Origin: Verrucomicrobiota bacterium
Lineage (GTDB): Bacteria; Verrucomicrobiota; Verrucomicrobiia; Limisphaerales; UBA8199
Direction of reading: 5' to 3'
Length of the DNA: 64,000 nt
Assembly: GCA_049518415.1 (NCBI GenBank)
Contig: JBEKRX010000017.1
Span: 82,305-146,304 of the forward strand
Below the pieces are notes generated by a model. That model was not told where the DNA came from. It saw only the letters and a program-made list of their open reading frames with translations, and searched no databases. Position numbers and translations under genes: made by a program. The first letter of the stretch is position 1, and each line of letters begins with the position of its first letter. Below are positions 17,469 through 25,583 of the stretch, in pieces.

Positions 17469-18254
17469 TCAGGCTTCCAGGCGCGTGAGCACTTCCTGGG
17501 CGAGCAGTTCATAGGCCGCGGCGCCGGCGTTGTATTTGTCGTAGTAGATGATCGGCTGGCCAAAGCTGGGCGCCTCGGCCAGGCGGGTAGCGCGGGGAAT
17601 GAGGGTCTGGAAGGCCTTTTCGCCGAAATGCTGGCGGACTTCGCCCACGACCTGCTGCGAGAGCTTGGTGCGGCCGTCGAACATGGTCATCACCACGCCG
17701 AGCAACTGCAGCCGGGGATTGACCCCGCTATCGTGCAACTGGGCCATCACCCGGTTGAGCATCGAAAGCCCTTCCAGCGCGTAATACTCGCATTGCAACG
17801 GCACCAGGACGCCGTCCGCCGCCACAAAGGCGTTGAGGGTCAAAATGCCCAGCGAGGGCGGGCAATCGATGAAGATGACGTCGAACCGCTGCGCCTCCAG
17901 CACCGGCTGCAAGGAGCGGGCGACCCGTTGGAGATGGTTTTCTGCCCGGGCCAACTCCACATCCGCCCCGCACAAATCCACTTCGCTGGGGATTAGCTCC
18001 AGCCCTTTGAAGGCCGTGGGCTGGATCTTTTCCAGGAGACCGCCTTCGCCCAGCAAGACCCGGTAGGCGCTGGCGCCCGCGATCTTCTCGAGGCCCAGGC
18101 CGCTGGTGGCATTGGCCTGCGGGTCGAGATCAAACAACAGCACCCGGCGGCCCACGGCGGCGACGCAGGCGGACAGGTTGACGGCGGTGGTCGTCTTGCC
18201 GACGCCGCCCTTTTGATTGGCCACTGCAATGACTTTGGCAGGCACTCCGCACAT
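17469..18254 (-). CDS. parA: ParA/Soj-type partition ATPase
   Basis: KVIAVANQKGGVGKTTTAVNLSACVA is the deviant Walker A. DLDPQANATSGLG and IDCPPSLGILTLNA are also present. No parB is adjacent. Confidence 0.9.
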   Translation of the reverse strand: MCGVPAKVIAVANQKGGVGKTTTAVNLSACVAAVGRRVLLFDLDPQANATSGLGLEKIAGASAYRVLLGEGGLLEKIQPTAFKGLELIPSEVDLCGADVELARAENHLQRVARSLQPVLEAQRFDVIFIDCPPSLGILTLNAFVAADGVLVPLQCEYYALEGLSMLNRVMAQLHDSGVNPRLQLLGVVMTMFDGRTKLSQQVVGEVRQHFGEKAFQTLIPRATRLAEAPSFGQPIIYYDKYNAGAAAYELLAQEVLTRLEA

Positions 18255-18325
18255 GTAATCAAAGGCGGGCGCCGATTCAAGTTTTCCGGCTGGATTTTGT
18301 CCGCCGCTGGCGGCATCATCGGACC

Positions 18326-18679
18326 ATGAACATGATCCTTTCGACGCACAATGTGACCCTGACCAAGGCCATCGAAGATCACATTATCAGCCGGCTCCAG
18401 AAGCTCGAGCACCTGCATCCGTATGCGACCAGCGCTCGGGTCACGCTGGAACACGACTCCGCCAAAGCCCCAGAGCGCCAGTTTTCCTGCGCGCTCCGGC
18501 TCTCCCTGCCGGGACCCGACCTGTTCGCCGAAGACGTCCAAAGCGACCTCTACGCCGCCATCGACCTCGTCGTCAAAAAAATCGAGCAGCAAATCCGCAA
18601 GCGGCGCAACAAATACAAGGCCCGGAAACATAAGACCGCGGCCCGCGGCAAACGCACCCGCCAGGAAAAGGGAATGTGA
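18326..18679 (+). CDS. hpf: Ribosome hibernation promoting factor / RaiA family (short form)
   Basis: 117 aa. THNVTLTKAIEDHIISRLQKLEHLHP...YAAIDLVVKKIEQQIRKRRNKYK. Confidence 0.85.
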   Translation: MNMILSTHNVTLTKAIEDHIISRLQKLEHLHPYATSARVTLEHDSAKAPERQFSCALRLSLPGPDLFAEDVQSDLYAAIDLVVKKIEQQIRKRRNKYKARKHKTAARGKRTRQEKGM

Positions 18680-19929
18680 TCCTCCGCGCCCGCGTGGTCC
18701 TGCCCATCCGGCAGCCGCCGATCCCCGATGGCGCCGTCCTGCTGTGGCGCAATCGCATTGCCGCCCTCGGACGCTGGCGCGACCTGTCGGCTGGCCCGCG
18801 CCCGGCCATCGACTTGGGCGAAGTGGCCCTGCTGCCCGGCCTGGTCAACGCCCACTGCCATCTCGATTACACCAACATGGCTGGCCACTTCGCGCCCCCC
18901 AGGGTTTTCACCGATTGGCTCAAACTGATGAATGCCACCAGGACCGGCTGGACCCTGGCCGATTACACCCAATCCTGGCGCCAGGGCGCGCAGATGCTCC
19001 TCCGCACCGGCACCACCACCGTGGGCGACATCGAAGCCGTGCCCGACCTCCTGCCGGCGGCCTGGCAAACCACGCCCTTGCGCGTCCTCTCGTTCCTGGA
19101 AATGATCGGCCTCGGTCGCCGTCCCGCGCGGGACATTGTCCAGGAGACGGTCGCCCGGCTCGCCTCGCTGCGCGGCGCCCGCTGCCGCCCCGGCCTGGCG
19201 CCGCACGCGCCCTATTCGACGCTGCCGGAACTGCTGCGCCTGAGCGCCGCCACCGCCCGCCGCCGCCGTTGCCGCCTCGCCACCCACGTCGCCGAGTCCG
19301 CCCTGGAGTTCGAAATGTTCACCCGCGGCCGGGGCGAAATGTTCGACTGGCTCCGGGGCAACGCGCGGGACATGTCCGATTGCGGCCTCGGCTCCCCGGT
19401 CCAGCACCTGGAACGATGCGGGATGCTGAACGAAAACCTCCTGGCGGTCCACGTCAACTACCTGGCACGGCAGGACGCCGCCCTGCTGGGCAAACGCCAG
19501 GTCAGCGTCGCCCATTGTGCGCGCAGCCATTTGTATTTTCGCCACCAGCCCTTTCCGCTGCGCGCCTTGCGCCAGGCGCGGGTGAACATCTGTCTGGGCA
19601 CGGACAGCCTCGCCAGCGTCTATAAAACCGCCCGGCAAAGCCTCGAACTGAACATGTTCGAGGAGATGCGGGCGGTGGCGGAGCGCAACTCCACACTCCC
19701 GCCGTGCGAGGTCCTGCAAATGGCCACCCTCAACGGCGCCCGCGCCCTGGGCTTGGAAGGCCAGGTCGGCGAGCTTGCCCAGCACGCCTTCGCCGACCTC
19801 ATCGCCCTCCCGTTTGCCGGGAACATGCCCGACCTTTACCAGGCCATCCTCGAGCATCGGGGCCCTGTGGCGGCGAGCATGATTGATGGCCGGTGGGCGA
19901 TTGCGCCCCGCGATCATGAGCGCCTTTAA
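18676..19929 (+). CDS. Amidohydrolase-family protein (nucleoside/aminofutalosine-deaminase-like)
   Basis: LLPGLVNAHCHLDYT metal-binding motif and HVAES motif. GTG start overlaps the hpf stop (GTGA). Confidence 0.7.
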   Translation: MILRARVVLPIRQPPIPDGAVLLWRNRIAALGRWRDLSAGPRPAIDLGEVALLPGLVNAHCHLDYTNMAGHFAPPRVFTDWLKLMNATRTGWTLADYTQSWRQGAQMLLRTGTTTVGDIEAVPDLLPAAWQTTPLRVLSFLEMIGLGRRPARDIVQETVARLASLRGARCRPGLAPHAPYSTLPELLRLSAATARRRRCRLATHVAESALEFEMFTRGRGEMFDWLRGNARDMSDCGLGSPVQHLERCGMLNENLLAVHVNYLARQDAALLGKRQVSVAHCARSHLYFRHQPFPLRALRQARVNICLGTDSLASVYKTARQSLELNMFEEMRAVAERNSTLPPCEVLQMATLNGARALGLEGQVGELAQHAFADLIALPFAGNMPDLYQAILEHRGPVAASMIDGRWAIAPRDHERL

Positions 19930-21154
19930 CCAAGAACTGGCCCGCCGCCTGGCCGCGCTGCGCGAACAGGGACTCTATCGCGAATTGCGCCGCGTCGATT
20001 CGCCCCAAGCCCCTCACCTCGAGGTCGACGGCCAGGCCCTGCTCAACTTTTCTTCCAACGACTATTTGGGCCTCGCCAATGAGCCCGCTCTGAAAGAGGC
20101 CGCCTGCCAGGCCGTGCAGCGATACGGGGCCGGGGCCGGCGCCGCCCGGCTCACCTGCGGCTCGCTCGCGCCCCACCACGAACTGGAGGAAGCGCTGGCC
20201 GCCTTCAAAGGCGCCGCCGCTGCGCTGAGCTTTTCCACCGGCTACGCCGCCGCCCTTGGGGCCATCGGCGCGCTGGTGGGCAAAGACGACTTCCTCATTC
20301 TCGATAAACTCGTGCACGCCTGCATCGTCGACGCCGCCCGCCTCGCCGGCGCCAAACTCCGCATCTTCGCCCACAACGATACCGAAGACCTCGAGCACAT
20401 CCTCCAATGGGCGGAGCGGCAAGTCGGCCGCCCGAAGTCCACAGCCGACGCCTCGCGCCCGCGCGTGCTCGTGGTGACGGAGAGTGTTTTTTCGATGGAC
20501 GGCGACCAGGCGCCGTTGCGGGAGCTTGTGGCGCTCAAAGAGAAATACGGCGCGTGGCTGATGGTGGACGAGGCCCATGCCACCGGGCTCTATGGCCCGA
20601 ACCGGCGCGGCCTGGCTGAGGAACTCGGCGTCAGCGAGCAGATCGAAGTCCAGATGGGGACCCTGGGCAAAGCGCTGGGCGCGGCGGGCGGCTATATCTG
20701 CGGCTCACGGACGCTCATCCAGTACCTGGTCAACCGCGCCCGGACCTTCCTCTTCTCGACCTCGCCCGTGCCCGCGGCCGTCGCCGCCGCCACCGCCGGC
20801 ATCCGCTTCGTGCAATCCACCGCCGGCCAGCAGCGTCGCAACCTCCTCTGGCAACGAGTCTCCGACCTGCGCTCAGCTCTCGCCAACCAAGCCCCAGGGC
20901 CGCGCCCCCCGGCCCTCGCCCCTCTCCGCTCACCCCTGCCCGGCGCCATCATCCCCCTCCTGGTCGGCGACGAAAACCGCGCCGTGCAAATCTCCGCCGC
21001 CCTGCGCAGCCGTGGCATTTTCATCCCTGCCATCCGTTACCCAAGCGTCGCCCGCGGCCAGGCCCGCCTGCGCCTCACCCTCACGGCCGGCCACAGCCTG
21101 GCCGACCTCGAACAACTCCTGGCCGCGCTGCGGACCCTCGACTTCGGCGCTTGA
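19916..21154 (+). CDS. bioF: 8-amino-7-oxononanoate synthase
   Basis: LREQGLYRELRRVDSPQAPHLEVDGQALLNFSSNDYLGLANEP, TESVFSMDGDQAPL and MVDEAHATG. Start set at MSAFNQ (ATG 19916). Confidence 0.9.
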   Translation: MSAFNQELARRLAALREQGLYRELRRVDSPQAPHLEVDGQALLNFSSNDYLGLANEPALKEAACQAVQRYGAGAGAARLTCGSLAPHHELEEALAAFKGAAAALSFSTGYAAALGAIGALVGKDDFLILDKLVHACIVDAARLAGAKLRIFAHNDTEDLEHILQWAERQVGRPKSTADASRPRVLVVTESVFSMDGDQAPLRELVALKEKYGAWLMVDEAHATGLYGPNRRGLAEELGVSEQIEVQMGTLGKALGAAGGYICGSRTLIQYLVNRARTFLFSTSPVPAAVAAATAGIRFVQSTAGQQRRNLLWQRVSDLRSALANQAPGPRPPALAPLRSPLPGAIIPLLVGDENRAVQISAALRSRGIFIPAIRYPSVARGQARLRLTLTAGHSLADLEQLLAALRTLDFGA

Positions 21155-21231
21155 ACCTCAGACGCATTTCACTTTTTTTTGGTAGCCTTTCTGGCTTTTT
21201 ATCTTAATCCTCGCTCCTGATCTTCATCCGA

Positions 21232-21609
21232 ATGAATCGCCTCTTCGACCATGAGAAACTGGAGGTTTATCGGGAGTCTCTGGCCTTCGTCGCCTGGCTC
21301 GAGCCCCTGCTGCGAAAGCTGCCCAAATCGGTCGCCGTGCGTGACCAATTGGATCGGGCCAGTACCTCGATGGTTCTGAACCTTGCCGAAGGCAACGGAA
21401 AGTTCACCTCACCCGATCGTTGCCGTTTTTTTGACATTTCGCGCGGGTCGGCTCTGGAGTGTGCCGCGGCGCTGGATGTTCTGGCCTCCCCAGGCCGGTG
21501 TGAGTTGGGTGTGGTCGCCTCCGGGAAAGAGCGGCTACGCAGAATTGTTTCGATGCTCGTGGGGTTAATCAAAGCCAATTCTGATTGGCGGTTGCACGAG
21601 GGAGATTAG
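21232..21609 (+). CDS. Four-helix-bundle protein (23S rRNA intervening-sequence protein / Avd-like family)
   Basis: 125 aa. MNRLFDHEKLEVYRESLAFVAWLEPLLRKLPKSVAVRDQLDRASTSMVLNLAEGNGKFTSPDRCRFFDISRGSALECAAALDVL is the characteristic pattern of the TIGR02436 family. Confidence 0.85.
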   Translation: MNRLFDHEKLEVYRESLAFVAWLEPLLRKLPKSVAVRDQLDRASTSMVLNLAEGNGKFTSPDRCRFFDISRGSALECAAALDVLASPGRCELGVVASGKERLRRIVSMLVGLIKANSDWRLHEGD

Positions 21610-21665
21610 GATTAGGAGATTAGGATTAGGATTAGGATTAAGATTAAGATTAGGATTAAGGTCAG
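21604..21665. repeat. Hexamer tandem repeat (GATTAG/GATTAA), ~10 units
   Basis: gattag gattag ga gattag gattag gattag gattaa gattaa gattag gattaa ggtcag. Starts on the stop codon of the four-helix-bundle gene. Confidence 0.9.
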
Positions 21666-21730
21666 GAGGGACCACCCAAAAAAGTGAAGTGCTCCCTTGA
21701 ACCTCAGACTCTGGAATCAGGCCTTGAAAC

Positions 21731-23287
21731 ATGCACCCCCTCGCCAAACTGGATCACCTCTACCTCTGGCACCCCTTCACCCAGATGCGCGATTGGCTCA
21801 AGCGCGAGCCCCTGGTCATTGTGCAAGCCTGCGGCGCCGTGCTGCGCGATGCCCAGGGCCGTGAATACCTCGATGCCAACTCCTCCATCTGGACCAATCT
21901 CCATGGCCATAATCAGCCCCGGATCAACGCGGCCATCCGGCAGCAGTTGCGCAAAATCGCCCACAGCTCGGCCCTCGGCTACGCCAACGAACCCGCCAGC
22001 CGCCTGGCCGAACAACTGGTCAAGGCCGCCAATCCCTGCTGCGTGGCGCAGGCTGGAAGCGTGCACCGGGCGAGGACATTAGTGGGGCAGGCGGCCCGCC
22101 TGCCAGGAGGGCGTCTCGCCCTCGAAACCAACGCGGGCGAGACGCCGGCCCCACTACCCGTGCCGGCCCTGCGGAAAGTCTTCCTGTCCGACGACGGCGC
22201 CACAGCCATCGAGGTCGCCCTCAAACTCGCCTATGAGTTCACCCGCCGCGCTGGCCGCAGCGCCAAACCCAAATTCCTCTCGCTGGACGGCGCCTATCAT
22301 GGCGACAGCCTTGGGGCCGTGGCCCTGGGCCACATTGACCGGTTTCACAAGGCCTACGCGGGCCTGTTGTTCAAGACCGACAAGGTCATGGCGCCCTACT
22401 GCTATCGGTGCCCGTTCAATCGCGCCAGACCCGAGCGCGCCGACGCCCGCCAGTATCGCAAGTGCCGCTGGCAATGCCTGGACGCGCTGGAACGGAAATT
22501 CGAGGTCCAGCGGAAAAGGGGCAACCCTTATGCCGCCTTCGTCTTCGAGCCCTTGTTGCAAGGGGCGGCCGGCATGATTCCTCAGCCCGCAGGCTGGCTG
22601 CGCCGCGCCGCCCAAATCGCCCGCGCCCACGACGCCTTATTGCTCGCCGACGAAGTCATGACCGGCTTCGGCCGCACCGGGTTCCTGCACCCGCCCACTC
22701 CCTCACCCGCTCAGGCCCTCTCTCCCGCCCCCGCCCCGCCTCTCTTCGCCTGCCACCATGAGGCCGTCCAACCCGATTTTCTCGCCCTGGCCAAGGGCCT
22801 CACCGGCGGCTATCTGCCCATGGCGGCCACGCTCACCAGCCAAGCCGTCTTCGACGCGTTCCTCGGCGAATACGGTGAATTCAAGACCTTCTTCCACGGC
22901 CACAGTTTCACCGGCAACCAACTCGGGGCCGCCGCCGCCCTGGCCAGCCTGCAACTCCTCCAAGGGGCCCGGTCCATCCGTGCCCGGCAGCAACTTCAGC
23001 AAGCGTTGCGGGACCAATTGCCCGCCCTATGGTCCCTGCCACTCGTCGGCGACATTCGCCAGGTCGGCCTGGTCGCCGGGGTCGAACTCGTTCGCGACTG
23101 GCGCACGCGCGAACCGTTCGACCTGCGCGACCGCGCGGGCCTCCGCGTGTGCCAGGCCATGGCCAAACGCGGCGTCCTCACCCGCCCGATCGGCAACGTC
23201 ATCGTGCTCATGCCCCCCTATTGCACGACCCCGGAGCAGGTGCAATGCATCGTGGCCGCCCTGCGCTGGGCGGTCAGCACGCTATGA
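21731..23287 (+). CDS. bioA: Adenosylmethionine-8-amino-7-oxononanoate aminotransferase with two in-frame insertions
   Basis: DHLYLWHPFTQM, SDDGATAIEVALKLAYEF, DEVMTGFGRTG and LAKGLTGGYLPMAA are BioA signatures. 518 aa against the usual ~430-450. Extra segments lie at about 22034-22167 and 22682-22741. Confidence 0.9.
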   Translation: MHPLAKLDHLYLWHPFTQMRDWLKREPLVIVQACGAVLRDAQGREYLDANSSIWTNLHGHNQPRINAAIRQQLRKIAHSSALGYANEPASRLAEQLVKAANPCCVAQAGSVHRARTLVGQAARLPGGRLALETNAGETPAPLPVPALRKVFLSDDGATAIEVALKLAYEFTRRAGRSAKPKFLSLDGAYHGDSLGAVALGHIDRFHKAYAGLLFKTDKVMAPYCYRCPFNRARPERADARQYRKCRWQCLDALERKFEVQRKRGNPYAAFVFEPLLQGAAGMIPQPAGWLRRAAQIARAHDALLLADEVMTGFGRTGFLHPPTPSPAQALSPAPAPPLFACHHEAVQPDFLALAKGLTGGYLPMAATLTSQAVFDAFLGEYGEFKTFFHGHSFTGNQLGAAAALASLQLLQGARSIRARQQLQQALRDQLPALWSLPLVGDIRQVGLVAGVELVRDWRTREPFDLRDRAGLRVCQAMAKRGVLTRPIGNVIVLMPPYCTTPEQVQCIVAALRWAVSTL

Positions 23288-23354
23288 TTTGCCGCGCGCG
23301 AGCCAGGTGCTCCGCGGTGAGCTTGTCCTGCTTTTACGGGTGGGAGACCCCTGG

Positions 23355-24011
23355 TCAATCAGTTCGTTCTCCGAGCAATAACCGCCCAATTTCCTCGTAG
23401 GACTGCACGACATGGGTCGCCAGGCGCAGTGCCTCGGCCGGATGCGTGTTAGTTATCGCAATCACCTGCATGCCGGCCGCCAGGCCCGCGGCAACCCCGG
23501 GTTTGGAATCCTCCACCACGCAGCAGCCCTGGGGCGCGACTCCCAGCAGTTGCGCCGCGCGCAGGAAAATGTCCGGGGCAGGCTTGCCGCGGGGCACCTC
23601 CGTGTCGGTGACCACTGCCGCAAAGAACCGGCCCAGGCCCTCCAACCGGAGGACTTCCTCGACGATCGGGCGCTCGGAACCCGAGGCCAGGGCCAAGGGA
23701 TAGCGCGCCGCCAGTTTCTCGACCAGTCTTGGCAGTCCCGCGAACAGGGGCTGCTCGCGCCGGATTAGTTCCACCATCCGCTCCCGCTTCATGGCCAGCA
23801 GTTCCTCGGCGGCCTGGCTGGGCTTGTGCCGCGCGATGAAATCCATCCACAATTCCTGGTCCGAGCGGCCCACATAGTCCGAGAACCGCAAGCCGTGCGT
23901 GTCGGCGTAGCCGAGTTGGCGCACGACCTCCAGGAAGGCGCGTTCGTGGCGCGGCTCGCTGTCCACGATCACGCCGTCCATGTCGAAGATGACCGCTGCC
24001 AACGCTTTCAT
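23355..24011 (-). CDS. HAD-family hydrolase (beta-phosphoglucomutase-like subfamily IA)
   Basis: MKALAAVIFDMDGVIVDSEP (DxDG motif I), ALASGS, and KPAPDIFL..VVEDSKPGVAAGLAAGM. Start set at ATG 24011; the longer ORF extension is Arg/Pro junk. Confidence 0.85.
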   Translation of the reverse strand: MKALAAVIFDMDGVIVDSEPRHERAFLEVVRQLGYADTHGLRFSDYVGRSDQELWMDFIARHKPSQAAEELLAMKRERMVELIRREQPLFAGLPRLVEKLAARYPLALASGSERPIVEEVLRLEGLGRFFAAVVTDTEVPRGKPAPDIFLRAAQLLGVAPQGCCVVEDSKPGVAAGLAAGMQVIAITNTHPAEALRLATHVVQSYEEIGRLLLGERTD

Positions 24012-24109
24012 GGGGCCGTGCTCTCCGCCAGTTTCAGCCGCCTGGCAACCGGCGGCGTTCTTGGCGGCCAATCCCTTGAACCGTCTTCCCTTTGCTATGA
24101 AACGTCGTG

Positions 24110-24529
24110 CTAGACATCGATGACCGGACCGTCGCCATCGCCGTGGGAATCGGGCCGGCGCCGGCGTTGGAAGCGGACCCGGGCGCCGCCGCCGGTCAGG
24201 GCGTTGAGGACAGTCGAAATCAGGCTGATGGTGAGCGCGCCCCAAAAAGCAGCCGAGAAACCGTTGACCGAGAAGTGCGGCCGGAGGACGTAGCCAACCA
24301 AAAGCAGGAGCAAGGCATTGATGACGAACCGGAACAAGCCCAGCGTGATAAGCACGATCGGGAAGGTCAGGAGCATCAGGACCGGCCGCAGCACCGTATT
24401 GAGAATCCCCAGCAACAGCGAGGCGACCAACAAATCCAACGCCTTCTGATAGCCGATGCCCTTTACCACATACACCGCTACCAACACGGCCAGCGTGTTG
24501 ATCACCCAGCTTTGCAGGAATCGTTTCAC
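24110..24529 (-). CDS. Small 4-TM membrane protein of the phage-holin-4 / DUF360 family
   Basis: VKRFLQSWVINTLAVLVAVYVVKGI..LLGILNTVLRPVLMLLTFPIVLITLGLFRFVINALLLLLV. GTG start at 24529 overlaps the manA stop (GTGA). Confidence 0.65.
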   Translation of the reverse strand: MKRFLQSWVINTLAVLVAVYVVKGIGYQKALDLLVASLLLGILNTVLRPVLMLLTFPIVLITLGLFRFVINALLLLLVGYVLRPHFSVNGFSAAFWGALTISLISTVLNALTGGGARVRFQRRRRPDSHGDGDGPVIDV

Positions 24530-25578
24530 ACAACGGCCATTGCCACGCAACCTTGAATGCCTAAATGCCCGTCTCGCCGGGGCAGGCCTTCGTGCCTGCC
24601 GCTGCAGGCCCCTGCTTCGGCGCGCAATAAGCTGGCGGCGGTTTCGGCTCGGAGCTCGACCTTGGGCAGCCCGGCGGGAACCAGGCAGCACTGACCGGCC
24701 GCCAGGGCGAGTTCACTCTGGCCGGCCCGCACGCACAACTGCCCGTTCAGGACCCCGAGAATATGCATCCGACCCGGACCGAGCGGCACCTGGGCGGCCG
24801 CCTGGATTTGCCAGGCTTCAACCCTAAACAGCGGCTCACGCACCAGCGGCCGCACCCTGGCCGGCCCGGCGCCGGCAAAATCGGCCCGCACCAGCGCCGG
24901 CTCGAAGTCGTTGAAATCAATGCTGGCCAGCGACTGCGGGACGTGCAGTGCGCGGGGTTTGCCGTCCAGGCCGACGCGGTTCCAATCGAACACGCGATAG
25001 GTCGTGTCCGAGTTCTGCTGGATTTCAAAGACGACCAGGCCCGCGCCGAGGGCGTGGACACGACCGCTGGGCAGGAACATGGCGTCGCCCGGGCGAACGG
25101 CGACGCGGTGGAAGCACTCGGCCACGCTGCCGGCCTGGAGTTTGCGCTCGAATTCCGCCCGGCTGACCCTGCGCTTCAGGCCCACGTACAACTCCGCCCC
25201 CGGCGCAGCCTCGGCGATGTACCACAGCTCGGCCTTGGGTTCACCGCCCAACGCCGCCGCCTTGGCGGCCGGCGGATGGACTTGCAGCGAAAGCGTCTCC
25301 CGGCTGTCCAGGAGCTTGACCAGCAGCGGAAACCGCCCACGCCACGAGCCGGCCGGGCCGAGCAACTCGGCGGCCTGGCGCTCCATGAGCCAATGAAGGT
25401 CTTTGCCCGCCAGCGCGCCGTTGGCGATGACGCTGGCATCGCCGGGGCGGTCGCTGATTTCCCAGGACTCGCCGATCGGGATGCCGGGCGGCAGCCGCTT
25501 GTGGTAGAGTTGTTCCAGCCGGCGCCCGCCCCAGACGCGTTCCTTAAAAATGGGGTGGAAGGTCAAGGGATAGAGCAT
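24526..25578 (-). CDS. manA: Type I phosphomannose isomerase
   Basis: MLYPLTFHPIFKERVWGGRRLEQLY..IGESWEISD and LSLQVHP. Confidence 0.8.
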   Translation of the reverse strand: MLYPLTFHPIFKERVWGGRRLEQLYHKRLPPGIPIGESWEISDRPGDASVIANGALAGKDLHWLMERQAAELLGPAGSWRGRFPLLVKLLDSRETLSLQVHPPAAKAAALGGEPKAELWYIAEAAPGAELYVGLKRRVSRAEFERKLQAGSVAECFHRVAVRPGDAMFLPSGRVHALGAGLVVFEIQQNSDTTYRVFDWNRVGLDGKPRALHVPQSLASIDFNDFEPALVRADFAGAGPARVRPLVREPLFRVEAWQIQAAAQVPLGPGRMHILGVLNGQLCVRAGQSELALAAGQCCLVPAGLPKVELRAETAASLLRAEAGACSGRHEGLPRRDGHLGIQGCVAMAVV

Positions 25579-25583
25579 GGCGG

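Larger units (their letters stand above)
21164..21692 (+). mobile_element. Non-autonomous cassette with terminal inverted repeats, flanked by a 14-bp direct repeat, carrying the four-helix-bundle gene
   Basis: Direct repeat CTTGAACCTCAGAC at 21150-21163 and 21696-21709. Left inverted repeat GCATTTCAC-T8-GG (21164-21182). Right inverted repeat CCAAAAAAGTGAAGTGC (21676-21692). The interior has lower GC. Confidence 0.65.

Noticed and set aside
17469-18254. parA considered as evidence for a plasmid or a partition locus
   Set aside because: No parB or parS-like repeats are adjacent, and the surrounding genes are chromosomal housekeeping genes. An orphan or chromosomal Soj-like ATPase is the conservative reading.
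18550-19917. 455-aa minus ORF opposite the amidohydrolase; also 19799..20578, 40242..41240 and 45849..46880
   Set aside because: No motifs and a biased composition. The opposite frames encode recognisable enzymes.
21604-21665. Tandem repeat tracts considered as possible CRISPR arrays; also 29460-29536, 39943-39976 and 57130-57228
   Set aside because: The units are 6-10 bp with no unique spacers and there are no cas genes. These are microsatellite-like tracts, not CRISPR.
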